Source: Octopus sinensis (taxonomy: Eukaryota). Taken from it: a DNA stretch of 64,000 bases. Positions 11,720 to 24,900 of the stretch are shown piece after piece. Positions within the stretch are counted from its first letter, which is position 1. Each line of letters opens with the position of its first letter. Below the pieces are notes generated by a model. It ran no database searches and had not been told where the DNA came from. It saw nothing but the letters and a program-made list of their open reading frames with translations. Where the stretch lies: NCBI RefSeq assembly GCF_006345805.1, contig NC_043025.1, positions 4,464,001 to 4,528,000 of the forward strand, written 5' to 3'. The translations under genes were made by a program, and so were the position numbers.

Positions 11720-11944
11720 GGGTATATGGTGTAGTGGTTAAGAGCACGGGCTACTAACTCCAAGATTCTGAGTTCGATTCCAGGCAGTGACCTGAATAAT
11801 AATAATAATACAGAAAGATACCTTAGGAATGAGACTACAGGTTCGAAATTTCCCCAAGACACCTGATGAAGGCTGGAGGGTATATCAGCTGAAATGTTGT
11901 GTTAACAACAAAGATGAGGACAAATATCCGTCAAATATAAATAA
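11720..11944 (+). mobile_element. SINE family E (tRNA-like head plus hammerhead-like motif)
   Basis: A-box/B-box head, then GACAC CTGATGA A GGCTG..CAGCT GAAAT GTT GTGTT at 11858-11903. Confidence 0.75.
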
Positions 11945-12581
11945 TCATCATCATCATCATCATCATTTAGCGTCCGTTTTCCATGCTAGCATGGGTTGGA
12001 CAGTTCAACTGGGGTCTGTGAAGCCGGAAGGCTTCATCAGGCCCAGTCAGATCTGGCAGTGTTTCTACGGCTGGATGCCCTTCCTAACGCCAACCACTCC
12101 ATGAGTGTAGTGGGTGCTTTTTACGTGCCACCTACACAGGTGCCAGACAGAGCTGGCAAATGGCCATGAACAGATGGTGCTTTTACGTACCACCAGCACA
12201 GGGGCCAGGCGAAGCTGGCAATGGACACGAGCGGATGGTGCTTTTACATGCCACCGGCACGGGGGCCAGGCGAGGCTGGCAACGGACACGAACGGATGGT
12301 GCTTTTATGCGCCACTGGCACGGGGGCCAGGCGAGGCTGGCAGCGGACACGAACGGATGGTGCTTTTACGTGCTACCGGCACGGAGGCCAGACATGGCGG
12401 CGCCGACACCGACCACGATCGGATGGTTCGCTTAACCACAGCTGCAATTTCCACTGATGTTGATCGACCTCAATTTTGGTTCTGCTTTCTGATATCTGAT
12501 TTGATTTGGTTTGATTTTGATTTTGATTTTGACTGTTTTCACTGGTCTTGCCGGGTCTTCTCACGCACAGCATACTTCCAT
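11945..12581 (-). mobile_element. Family B RTE-LINE 3' end including the last ORF2 codons
   Basis: Minus strand begins WKYAVREKTRQDQ*, homologous to [13 protein letters not shown] at the end of the RTE copy at about 51600; internal tandem units of about 59 bp; (GAT)n tail. Confidence 0.8.
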
Positions 12582-12590
12582 AAATAATGT

Positions 12591-12637
<47 letters not shown>

Positions 12638-12743
12638 CACCAGAGTAAGCACATAATGCAAAACAAGGTGGAGAAAATAGTTCTTGAACGCCAGAGGCAG
12701 AGTAATATACTTTATTAAAAAGCAGCAAAAATATCACAAAAAC

Positions 12744-12779
12744 TGTTACTCAGAGTTTCACGGTCCCGTTTGTCAGACA
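12744..12779 (-). ncRNA. Degenerate minimal hammerhead-like motif (G8A)
   Basis: TGT CTGACAA ACG GGAC CGT GAAAC TCTGA GTA ACA, in a short element between (TA)n tracts. Confidence 0.4.
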
Positions 12780-13182
12780 TATATATACATATATATATAT
12801 ACACACACACACTCACACACACACACACACACACATGCACATACACACAGACAATGGGATACTTTCAGTTTCTACCAACCAAGTCCTTTCCCGTGTCTTT
12901 GGTCAACCTGAGGATTCAGTAGAAGGCACATGTGCAAATTGCCATGCAGTGGGATTGAACCTAAAACCATGTGGCTAAGAGGCAAACTTCTTGACCACAC
13001 AGCTATGTCAGCAGTGTTCAAAAAAAAAAATTAATAAAATGAAATAACGACAGAAACAAATAAATAAAAAGACATCAGAGTTTATTGCAAAATAGAATGG
13101 TTTGGCTGTGGCATTAATTTCTGTATAGTTTTTGAGAAGATTGGCATTTGGAGGGATCATTAAGAACATCTATATGTGTGTG

Positions 13183-13213
<31 letters not shown>

Positions 13214-13399
13214 ATATATGCTATTTATACAGATACATATGTATATACATATATACACATCTATATATATATATGTATACGTATATACTTACTTACATAC
13301 TTCACACACATACATATATATATATGTATGTATATACATAAATATGTGTGTGTATGTGTAACAATTGTTCATCATGGACGGAATTAATTCAAACTGCAT

Positions 13400-15550
13400 T
13401 TTGAGATGGAAATAGGACAAACAGCATGGTGTACAGAAATAGGACAAAGAAGTGTCATCATACTGTAAATAAATAGCATAAACTATGATAGCAGGTTAAA
13501 ATAGGTTGAGATATATCATAGTGAATGAAATAGGATAAACATCAGGAAGGACAAAATAAACTATATATGTTGGGCAACATAGATCAGCCCCAAATATAGA
13601 GTCAAAATAGGTCAAACTATAAAATATTAAGTAAATAAAATAATTATAGCAAACTAATTTCTAGAGGGAAAATGGGACAAACTTGAACAGAAACAGAACA
13701 TAAAGCAAGCTGTATATGTACAAAAATAGGACAAAGCTCACAAAGTGGAAACACATCTATCTGGGTTAAAATGGGATACACATTAACATGGTTTCAGAAT
13801 AGGACATATTTCAGGGCAAAGAGAAAAGACCATATAGAAAAATAGGAAATGCTACACAATAGAGCAGTATAGCTAGACTAAGTACAAATACAGAACATAT
13901 GATGTACAAAAATAGGACAAGCTATATCAGGTATTAAAAAGAATAAACCAAAAATGGAGCAGAACATATTTAAAACGGGGCACACAACAGCATGGTTTCA
14001 AAGCAGGATATATTTCAGAGCAGAGAGAAAAGGCCATATACAAAAATAGGAAATGCAACAAAATACAGCAGAATAATTAGATCAAGTACAAATATAGGAC
14101 AAACTATATAATGTATGAAAACAGGACATACTATATCAGGTATGAAAATAGGATAAACCACAAAATGTAGCCAAAAATATCTAAAAAGAGGCACACAACA
14201 TGGTTTTAAAACGGGATTTCAGGACAGCCAGAAAATAGGACAAGCTATATGGATTATAAAAATAGGGACATTATATGAAGTACAAAAATAAGACAACCTA
14301 TATGATGAAAAAATAAGACAATATACAGCAGAGTTTGAAAATAAGTGTGAATAATGGGATAAAATATACAATGAAAGTAAAGGAGTATAAACTGTATTAG
14401 GGATTACTATTAAAGGGATAATCCTCTATATAAAGTCACAATAGGTCAAACTGTATAGATACAGAAAAACATTCTCTCTTCAAAAGTATATTCTTATCCT
14501 ATTTTTTTCCAAACATTATGTAGATCTTATTTTCCAAATCTGTTGCACATTGTCTTATTTTTCTATAAAATTTGTCCTATTTTAACTTTTATAATATAGG
14601 GGTCGATTAAATAAGTACCAGTTACGCACTGGGGTCAATATAATCGACTTAATCCCTTTGTCTGTCCTTGTTTGTCCCCAGGTGGCGCTTTTGGGGCTGC
14701 TGTAGGTAATATGTGTTTTTTGTGGGGTCTGGGAGCAGTAAACAAATGGGCCGCCTTAGGCAGCACACACTCTAGCTACGCCAGTGACCCTTGATACGGT
14801 TTATACTATTTCATTTCCATTTGTGTCCAGCAATAATATAGATTGTTTCCTTTGCAAACCAATGTCCTATTTTTTTATCATATTTAAAAATATTTTGATG
14901 CACTTTTATGATACAGTTATCTAAATTTATTTTTCAATTCATGTTCTTCACTTTTTCAGACTATTCCAACCTATGAATTCTGCTTTAAGGCACACTTTGT
15001 GCTCCATTATGTAATTTGTCCTACTTTCCTACTTCAAAAGCTTGATTTTTCTTGTACTTGATACATCTTGTCACCTGATATATCACCTGATATCTTGTCC
15101 TATTTTCATATGTCACATAACTTGTTTCATTTGTGTATCTGATATATCTTGTCCTATTCTAAAACCATGATGTTTTAAATTTCATGTTCACTCAAATACA
15201 CTTCCAGCTCCATTTTGTATTCTGTCCTATTTTTGTGCATGATACAACATGCTCTATTTATTGTAGGATTCGAAAATAATAAAAACTACATGTTTGACAG
15301 AAACGAACTAAGATACACCACAGAAGCAGATGGATATAAACTATACCCATCAAGGAATAAATAAAAATAGGACAAATTATTACTCTAGAAAATAAAAGAG
15401 AACCATTCACAAACAGAATAACCCCAAACAAACTGTAACATTAGGAGTATTAGGACAAGCTAAAAACATTGGAAAGAAAAATAGGACATCAATTTATTGA
15501 GAAGTATGAATCACAGAATAGGACATAGAAAAGAAATGGCATCTATTATC
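13400..15550. repeat. Cryptic degenerate repeat field rich in AATAGGACA(A) motifs
   Basis: More than 25 recognisable motif copies; orientation switches near 14480 and again near 15300; diverged duplication of about 200 bp around 13780-14200. Confidence 0.6.
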
Positions 15551-17639
15551 TTTTACATGTTTGGTCTTTGGGCTGTGGCCATGCTGGGGCACAGCCTTGA
15601 AGGGTTTTAGTCAAACAAATTGATGCCAATACTTATTTTTAAGTTTTGTATATGTTCTATTGATCTTGTTTTTTTTTTACCAAACTCCTAAGTTATAGGT
15701 ACATAAATAAACCAACACCGGTTGTCATGTGGTGGTCATGGGGACACAAACAAAAAGACACACACACATACATACATACACACACACACACACATACATT
15801 CAGTTTCTGTTTACAAATTTCACTCACAAGACATTAGCTACTTTGGGGGTTATAGTAGAAGGCAATTACCCAAGGTGATGCACAGTAAGACTGAACCTGA
15901 AACCACATGGTTGCAGAGTGATCTTCTTAACCACACAGCTATGTCTGCATGTAATGAAAACAAAAACAACAAAAAAAATGAACCCTTCCAGAAAAAAAAA
16001 TCTATCGTAGACAGAAAACATTGATAATAGAACAAATTATGGGGTCACTATATCCAACTCAATCCCTATCTTTAATCATCTGTCATGCTCTTTTCTCACT
16101 CAAGCACACATACCTATCCACCTGCTGTATCCTTTTTCCCATATTCACCTTGGAACTTGAGAATTATGCCCTCACTTCTCCCTTTCTCTTTTCCGGTTGG
16201 GAAAACCATGTATTCAATTCTTCAGCAAGACACTCACTCTGGTCCCTGTATCATACATTCACATCCTTGAATTCTGTAACTCCATTCAGTTAGGGGTCTC
16301 ATCATGTGAGTATCTTGTGACTTCGCTATTGCTGATGCCATGAAAAGAAGCATCTAATACACTCTGTGAAGTGGTTGGCATCAGGAAGGGCATCCATCTG
16401 TAAAAAACACACCAAAACAGATGGTAGATTTTGGCACAATTCTTTGGCATGTTGGTTCCTGTGAAATCCTCTAACCCATGCCACCATGGAAAGAGGGAAG
16501 TTAAACGATAATATTGATACACACATGAAATACACCTCCCCCTCACATACACACATAGTCTATTGCACTCTAGAGTATTTAGCAATGCACCCACCCTTTA
16601 TATTCCTTTATCTTAATTCTCTCTCTCTCTCTCTCATATCCATCTCGTAACTTGAGGATACACCCTCACCATTTTTCTCTCTCTTTTCTGCTGGGGAAGC
16701 TATCTATTCACCTTTTGAGCAAAACACCTCTTCCTATTGTTGCCTCTCTCTTAATTTCATTTCCTTGCACACTGTACTTCACTCGGTCAAGGGGTTTTGT
16801 TGTGCAAGTATTGGCAACCTTATTGCTGGTGCCTTGGGAAAAAGTATCCTTACATCCTGTAAAGTGGTCGGCATTAAGAAAAGTATCCAACAGCAGAGAC
16901 CATATTAAAGCAGATATTGGAGCTTAGCACAGTCCTCTGGCCCATTTGTACACGTTGAAATGTCCAACGCATGCCAGCTTTGAAGAAGGAATGCTAAATG
17001 GTGACGATGATGATGATGATAGTGAAAATAAAACAAAACTAGTATACAAGAAAGATGAACATAGGACATAAAAAAAAACCTGCACCACTGAAGAATATAG
17101 CACAAAATATAACATGAGAGAAAAAACTTGATAAATTAGTTAAGATGAAAAAATAGGACAAACTAAACTTGGAGGAAAAGTGGAAATTCAGAGAAAACTA
17201 GTCTCTCAAAAAGAAAATGAGACACGTATAGAATAGGGGAAAATTGAATAGGTTAGGACATGAGAATTTGCACCACTGTAGAATCACCATCATCATTGTT
17301 TTAAAATACAATTTTCCATGCTTCCATGCGTCAGGCAGGATTCGTTAAGGCAAATTTTCTATGGTTGGATGCTCTTCCTGTTGCCAACTCACATCTGTTT
17401 CTAAGAATTTGGGACAAAAATATGAGGAAAAATAGGTCAAGCTGTACTTGGATGAAAATATGAAATTAAGAGAAAATAAGTCATTTGAAATAAATGTTGA
17501 AACAGAGACAAGTTGAAACAGAGATATGAGATATATATGATGTGTACCACACCAAAATAGAAGAATCTTAGTTATGAAGGGAAATAAGAGAAAAATTAAA
17601 AGATGAAGAGCAAAAGAACAAAACAGGGCAGCAGAGATA

Positions 17640-18170
17640 GGACAAGACTGAGAACCAAAACATCATTGGTGAGGTAGGACAGAAGGTAAAAATCAAAATT
17701 TGAGAGACAAGCTAGGACAAAGGGTGATGACTAAAGCTTGAGAGAAAAATAGGACAAATGGGGGAGGGAAACTTCTGAGGAGAGATAGGACAAGAGTGAG
17801 GAAAGCTTGAGAGGAGATAGGATGAATGGAGAGGAAAATGAGAGGATAGATAGGACAAAGAGAGAAAGGGCAAATCTTGAGAGGAGAGATAGGACAAGAC
17901 AGAGGAAAACTTCAGATGAGAGGCAAGCTAGGACAAAGGGTGATGACTATAGCTTGAGAGAAAAATAGGACAAATGGGGGGGGACTTCTGCAGAGAGATA
18001 GGACAAGAGGGAGGAAAGCTTGAGAGGAGAGATAGGATGAATGGAGAGGAAAATGAGAGGATAGATAGGACAACAGGGGGAGGGCAAATCTTGAGAGGAG
18101 AGATAGGACAAAAGGAAGAAGTGGGGGATACTTGAGAGCAAAGATAGGACAAAAAGGAAAACTTGAGAGG
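17640..18170. repeat. Purine-rich GATAGGACAA repeat with 216-bp duplication, just 3' of the RPGRIP1L stop
   Basis: GCTAGGACAAAGGGTGATGACTA at about 17711 and 17927. Confidence 0.75.
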
Positions 18171-18204
18171 AGGGACAGAACAATAATAACGATGGAACAC
18201 AGTT

Positions 18205-18314
18205 CTAATGGCGCACAATCTCTCGGTCAACAGCCTGCAGTGCTTTCAGACAAATTACGCTGACATTGAGTCTGCCAATCGGAACTTGGTGGCGCTGGTT
18301 TTCTATGTCGTAGA
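18205..18314 (-). CDS. RPGRIP1L: RPGRIP1L last coding exon ([36 protein letters not shown])
   Basis: tactttcag acceptor, TAG stop at 18205-18207; IGxLxVxVxxLxALQ C-terminal motif. Confidence 0.93.
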
Positions 18315-18594
18315 CTGAAAGTAAAGAGAAAATATGTGAAAGAGACAAAGGTACATATATTTTTTTGTATTTGTAATTTCTTTTCTTTTCTTTTCTGTTC
18401 TTTCTTCTTTGATTATATTTGGGTTTCAAATTATAGAGAATTACATATGTATGTATATAGTTATATTTCAGGAAGGTCATTTGTTTTTTTTTGTTTTGTT
18501 TTTGCCAGAGTGAACGAAAGAGAGAGAGAGAAAGAGGGAGATGTATATGTAGGCAGACAGGCACATATGGTAATAGATAGACAGACAGTCAGAC

Positions 18595-18688
<94 letters not shown>

Positions 18689-18830
18689 GTAGATAGATAG
18701 ATAGGAAGATAGATCCATTCATACCTATCAACCTACCTAACTACATACATAGAGATACACCATAACAGGCATTGCTACAAAAACAAATCTTTCATCGCTT
18801 ACAATTGGTAACCTCTACCGTTACATATAT

Positions 18831-18910
<80 letters not shown>

Positions 18911-19125
18911 TATAAAGTTATTCCAAACATGAAAGCACAAAAAAACACAACAACGCGAGGACGTGGAACTAAGATAGTATTATTGGACGCTCAGGAAAGA
19001 AGGAAAGAAGGTGGGTTTAACGTTTCGAGCGGAGCTCTTCGTCGGAAACATAGGAGAAGGAAAGATCCAGAGAAGGGAAGACAGAGGAAAAAAAATCGCC
19101 AATGGTACACACGCGGTCACATTTT

Positions 19126-19178
<53 letters not shown>

Positions 19179-21463
19179 ACGGCATGGCTCAGTAAGAGCG
19201 TCAAGCTCACGATCATGAGGTTGTGAGTTCGAATCCCAGACTGGGCTCCGTGTTGTGTTCTTGAGCAAGACACTTTATTTCACATTGCTCCAGTTCACTC
19301 AGCTGTAGAAATGAGTCACAGGTACCAAGCTGTATCGGCCCCTTTACCTTTCCCTTGGATGACACTGGTGGCGTGGAGAGGGGAGGCCGGTATGCATGGG
19401 TGACTGCTGGTCTTCCATAAACAACCTTGCCCGGACTTGTGCCTGGGAGGGTAACTTTCTAGGTGCAATCCCATGGTCAGTGTCGTGACCAAAGGGGGTC
19501 TCAGATATATATATATATATATATATACATGGATGGATGGATGGATAAGGTAGATAGATAATTAAGAGGTGGGGTTGTAGTAGCAGTGCTATGTACAGGT
19601 GTCAATTTGAGTGTGAATGAGAACTGAGACAAGAACAAAAAAAAACGACACATCACCACTACTGTGCATACCACCACCACCACCACAACAACAACAACAA
19701 CAACACACATACACACACACCACCACCACTACCATTGCCAGAAACACACATCCTACCACTACCTCCATCACCATAATGCACACTATCATTGCCATGGCCA
19801 TCACCAAAGAACTTACTTGGAATCTCCTCGTCTACAATGTCCTTCTTGTTCTTTAGAATGTCCACCAGACTGACATACGCAACGCCAATCTCTTCACACT
19901 CCTCCGTCTGTGCGTCTTTCTCTGGTTCACTGACCACTGTGAAACGGATGCTGAACAGGAGAGGGAGAGAGAGAGAGAGAGTGATAAAAAGTAAGAGAGA
20001 TGTAGAGAGACAGAGAGAGAGAGGGAGTAAAAGAGACAAAGAGAGAGATTGAGAGACATATCTCCAATTACTTTTTAATGTTAGTCTACACACACATACA
20101 CATGCATACATACACACATACATACTTACACACATGCATACATATACATACACACACATACATACATACACATATATATATACAAACACACACACATACA
20201 TGTTACTCAAGAGTCGGACCCCTTTCATTTCCTGTTTTGTTTGCCAAAAATCCTGGTGAAACTTTATCATGAACTCCCGTGTTTTTCCTTGTTTTAACCC
20301 AAAATGGAAACAAACATCGTTCCTCCATGTGATTGGCTTGAAAATTGTTTAGATACTTTCTTAACATGAAACCAAAGGCAGCCTTGATACACAAAGAAAG
20401 TACACACAAATACAAGGTGAATTCCAGAAGTTCTGAGACTTTTTTAGGAGAGGCAATTAAAACAGTACCAGATTACTGTAATTTTAGTTTATTATTACTA
20501 ATTAATTAAGTGGCACTCCATTGGTTATGGTGATGAGGGTTCAAGCTGATCTAATCAAGGGAACAGCCTGCTCGTGAAATTAACAAGCAAATGGCTGAGT
20601 ACTCCACAGACACGTGTACCCTTAACGTAGTTTTCAGGGAGATTCAGTGTGACACAGAATGTGACAAGGCTGGCTCCTTTGAATTACGGATACAACTCAT
20701 TTTTGCCAGCTGAGTGGACTGGAGCAACATGAAATAAAGTGTCTTGCTCAAGGACACAATGTGGCCCCAGGAATTACCTTATTTTTCTTTGCCAAATGAC
20801 CAACCCAAAATACAACAATATCTGTTTCAACACACCACTTCACATCAGGAGTCTTGCAACACACATTCATAAACATATATATATATATATATATATAATA
20901 ATATATATATAATATATATATATATACACACAGATAAAGGGTGAAATATAATTAATTTAATAAAATCAACAAATTTCACCTAGTAGTATTTCGGTATGGA
21001 AAAGGACCATATTCGGTAAAAATTTATATAATATAATAATAAGGGTTTTTTGCAACAAGTTGCTTAAACCACATACCGAAAATTTTAGAAATAGCAGCCA
21101 AAAGACTACTATTTCCTTTTACTACAAAAATAAGTCTCCACAAACAACAATATTTGTAACCCACATATGGCAAAAAAAGAAGAAAAACAATGAAATCACA
21201 CAGTCTTCGGATTAATTATAGATTATGTTGATAAGGAAATGAACCTTACGATTCTAATCCAGAAATGTGCATCCATAATTAATCCGTAGACTGTGTGGTT
21301 TTGTTGTTTTTCTTCTTCTTTTGCCAAATGTGAGTTACAAATACTGTTGTTTGTGGAGACTAATTTTTGTAGTAAAAGAAATAGTAGCCCTTTGACTGCT
21401 ATTTCTAATATTTTCGGTATGTGGTTTAAGCAACTTGTTGCAAAAAACCCTTATTATTATAAT

Positions 21464-21495
<32 letters not shown>

Positions 21496-21687
21496 TATAT
21501 AGGTATGTCTATAAGTACTTACGAGCCCCCATCTGGGTCATCAGGTAACAGCATACTGGCAAGAAACTGGCGTTTTTCATAATTGTTCTGGTAGTCCACA
21601 TGTAAACCTGTGATAATAGAGGGTTAAAGTACAGGTAGTAGTAGTAGTAGCAGCAGCAGTAGTAGTAGTAGTAGTAGCAGCAGCAGC

Positions 21688-21722
<35 letters not shown>

Positions 21723-21883
21723 CAGCAGCAGCAGTAGTAGTAGTAGTAGTTGTAGTAGTTAGTGTTAATAGTAGTTAGTAGTAGAAGTAGTAGTTGTAGT
21801 AATAGTAGTAGTAGTTAGTAGTAGTAGTAGTAGTAGTAGAATTAATAGTAGTAGTAGTAGTTAGTAGTAGTAATAGTAGTAGT

Positions 21884-21918
<35 letters not shown>

Positions 21919-24900
21919 ATAGTAATAGTAGTAGAGGTAGTAGTAGTAGTAGTAGTAGTAGTTAGTAGTAGTAGTTAGTAGTAGTAGTAGGGGCAGTGGT
22001 AGTGGTGGTGGAAGTAACAGTAGTGGTGGTGGTGGAGGTAGTAATGGCAGTGATTGATGGTGACAGTCATGGTCATAGCAATGGGGGGTTTGTAGTAGTA
22101 GTAGTAGTAGTAGTAGGGGTAGCGGTGGTAGTGGTAGTGGTGGTGGCAGTGATGGTGGTGGTGGTGGCATTAGTAGTAGTGGTAGAGGTAAAGAAGAAGG
22201 TGGATATAAGAGAGAATAGAAACGAGGAAATGATGAGAAATTTGATAAGAGTATGGGAGGGGGAGAGTGAGAAAGGGTCGAGGTGGGAGTAGATGTGATG
22301 ACCAAGGGTGGAGGTGCCGTTGATGAGGAAAACCAGGTGGGAAGATGTAAGGTGGGAGAGATGGAGGTGGGTCACGAAAGAGAACGGGGGGGGGGAAGAA
22401 AGTAGGGTGGGTGGGGTGGACGATGAGTAAAGTGTAGAAGCTGTTGAGGGTGAGGTGCAGAAGTATTTAAGAGGGGCCACAATAAATGGGGCATGAGGGT
22501 GGCTATGAGAGGGGTGGGGGCGGGGGGAAGATGAAGATGAATTTTTCTCAGAGGGGCAAGAGAAATCAGAACTAATTCAAACTCAGTCGGTTGTGATGGT
22601 GTATGGTTGCAGTTGGTCCGGTCAACGGAAAGAGATCTGCCTGTGAAATTAACGTGCAAGTGGCTGAGCGCTCCACGGACATGTGTACCGGGAATTGATC
22701 TCATGACCTCATGATCATGAGCTAAATACTCAAACCACTAAACAATGTACCTTCACAAAAAGTGAGAGTTCCGGTTGATCCGATCAACGGATCAACCTGC
22801 TTGAGAAATTAACGTGCAAGTGGCTGAGTGCTCCACAGACATGTGTACCCTAAACGTGGTTCTTAGAGAGATTCAGCATGACACACCAAATGTGACAAGG
22901 CTGGCCTCTTTGAAATATTGGGACAACAAATTTTTGTCAGCTGAACGGAGTGGGGCAACGTAAAATAAAGGGTCTTGCTCAAGGACACAAGGCTTCGATG
23001 GGAATTGATCTCATTACCTCATGATCACGAGCTAAATACTCAAACCACTAAACAATGTGCCTTCAAAAAAATTGAGAGTTCCGGTTGATCCAATCGTGAA
23101 ATTACCATGCAAGTGACTGAGTACTCCACAGGCGCAGGAGTGGCTGTGTGGTAAGTAGCTTGTTTACCAACCACATGGTTCCGGGTTCAGTCCCACTGCG
23201 TGGCATCTTGGGCAAGTGTCTTCTGCTATGGCCTCGGGCTGACCAAAGCCTTGTGAGTGGATTTGGTAGACGGAAACTGAAAGAAGCCTGTGGTATATAT
23301 GTATATATATATATATGTGTGTTTGTGTTTGTGTGTCTGTGTTTGTCCCCGCAACATTGCTTGACAACCGATGCTGGTGTGTTTATGTACCCGTAACTTA
23401 GCGGTTCGGCAAAAGAGACCAATAGAATAAGTACTGGGCTTACAAAAGAATAAGTCCTGGGGTTGAGTTGCTCGATTAAAGGTGGTGCTCCAGCATGGCC
23501 ACAGTCAAATGACTGAAACAAGTAAAAGAGTAAAAGACATGCGTACCCATAACTTAGTTCTCTGGGAGATTAAGCGTGACCCAGAGTGTGACAAGGATGG
23601 CCCCTCTTGAATTACAGGTACTACTCATTTTTGCCAGCTGAGTGGACAGGAGCAATGTGAAATAAAGTGTCTTGCTCAAGGACTCAACGCGTCGTCAGGA
23701 ATTGAACTCATGACCATAGGATCGTGAACTGAATGCCCCTAACCACTAAGCTACGATAATTGAAGGCAGAGAAAGGAGGGGATTAGAGTAAATAGGGGGC
23801 AGAGGGATGGTAGTACAAATAAGGGAAGGAAGTGGTTCCAAGGAAGAGGGGACAGGGAGTGCAAAGAATGGGCAGGGATGATGTAAGGAGGGATTAACGA
23901 AGGTAAAGGTATGGCTGATAGCAAATATCAGTACAGAAGGGAAGAGGGGGGGAAAGGTGAGAGGGATAGAAGTGGGTAAAAAAAGGGGGAGGTGACAAGC
24001 AGTAACTTGTAGACATCAGAAAGTGAGAGGTAAAAGTAGTGGGGTGGAGGAAAGTATATGGTGCCAGAGATGGAGGTGAGAGGCACTAGGATAGCTAGAG
24101 TGTGTGCCACTCGTGATGGCCCTTCCATTTGCTCCCCCCACCGGACCCCACAAAAAAACCCCACATATTGCCAACAGCAGACCCAAAAGTACCGCCCCTT
24201 TAAAAGTGCCACCCAGGATGGACTGCCCCCTACTGTGTGCCTCCTAGCTATGCTAATGCTCAGAAGTATAAAAGGGTGGTTATAGTGAATGGGGTGACAA
24301 CAGAATGAAGAATATCAATGGCAGATATGAGAGGGCATTAAACATGAGGGGTGTAGGGGGCTCTGAAGGAGGATGGCCAGTGGTTAGGGTGTCGGGCTGA
24401 CAATCATAAGGCAGTGAGTTCGATTCCCAGACCGGGAACAGATCAAAATTGGCATATTTAATAACAGATCAAGGTTGAACTCAGGGTTAAATAACAACAA
24501 CAACAAATAAAAAAAAAGACACCAGACTTACATTTAGAAAAATTGAAGTGGATTGGTTGGTCAGCTCGAGGTTTGGGTAATGGGTAGGGTGTTTCCAGTT
24601 CCTCGGGTGGGTAATTCAGAAAGCGGTACTCAATGTAGAGCTGTGTGACCCTGTCGTTCAGCAGTGGTGGTGAGTTCTCGTCGAGGGTCAGATACGAAAC
24701 TACCACGGTGACCGTGTCCCCGTCCTGTAGGAAGAATTGCAAAAATTGAAAGGAAAAAAAAAAGGAAAACAAACCACTGGTCAATTCATGCATGGACAAC
24801 TGACCAAATGCCATGTATGTGTGTGTGTGTATAGATGGGCCATCATCATTATTGTTATAATCAACACCGTTTGTGTGGAAGCACTCCGTCGGTTACGACG

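Noticed and set aside
11720-11795. tRNA-like sequences (also 19177, 25320-25397, 26000-26075 and the SINE A heads)
   Set aside because: A and B boxes are present, but there is no acceptor stem and each runs into a SINE body; these are SINE heads, not tRNA genes.
20981-21022. Minus-strand CCGAATA..GGT..ACC GAAAT hammerhead-like string beside the long inverted repeat
   Set aside because: Two core mismatches, and stem III/I cannot be drawn; at most a heavily decayed remnant.
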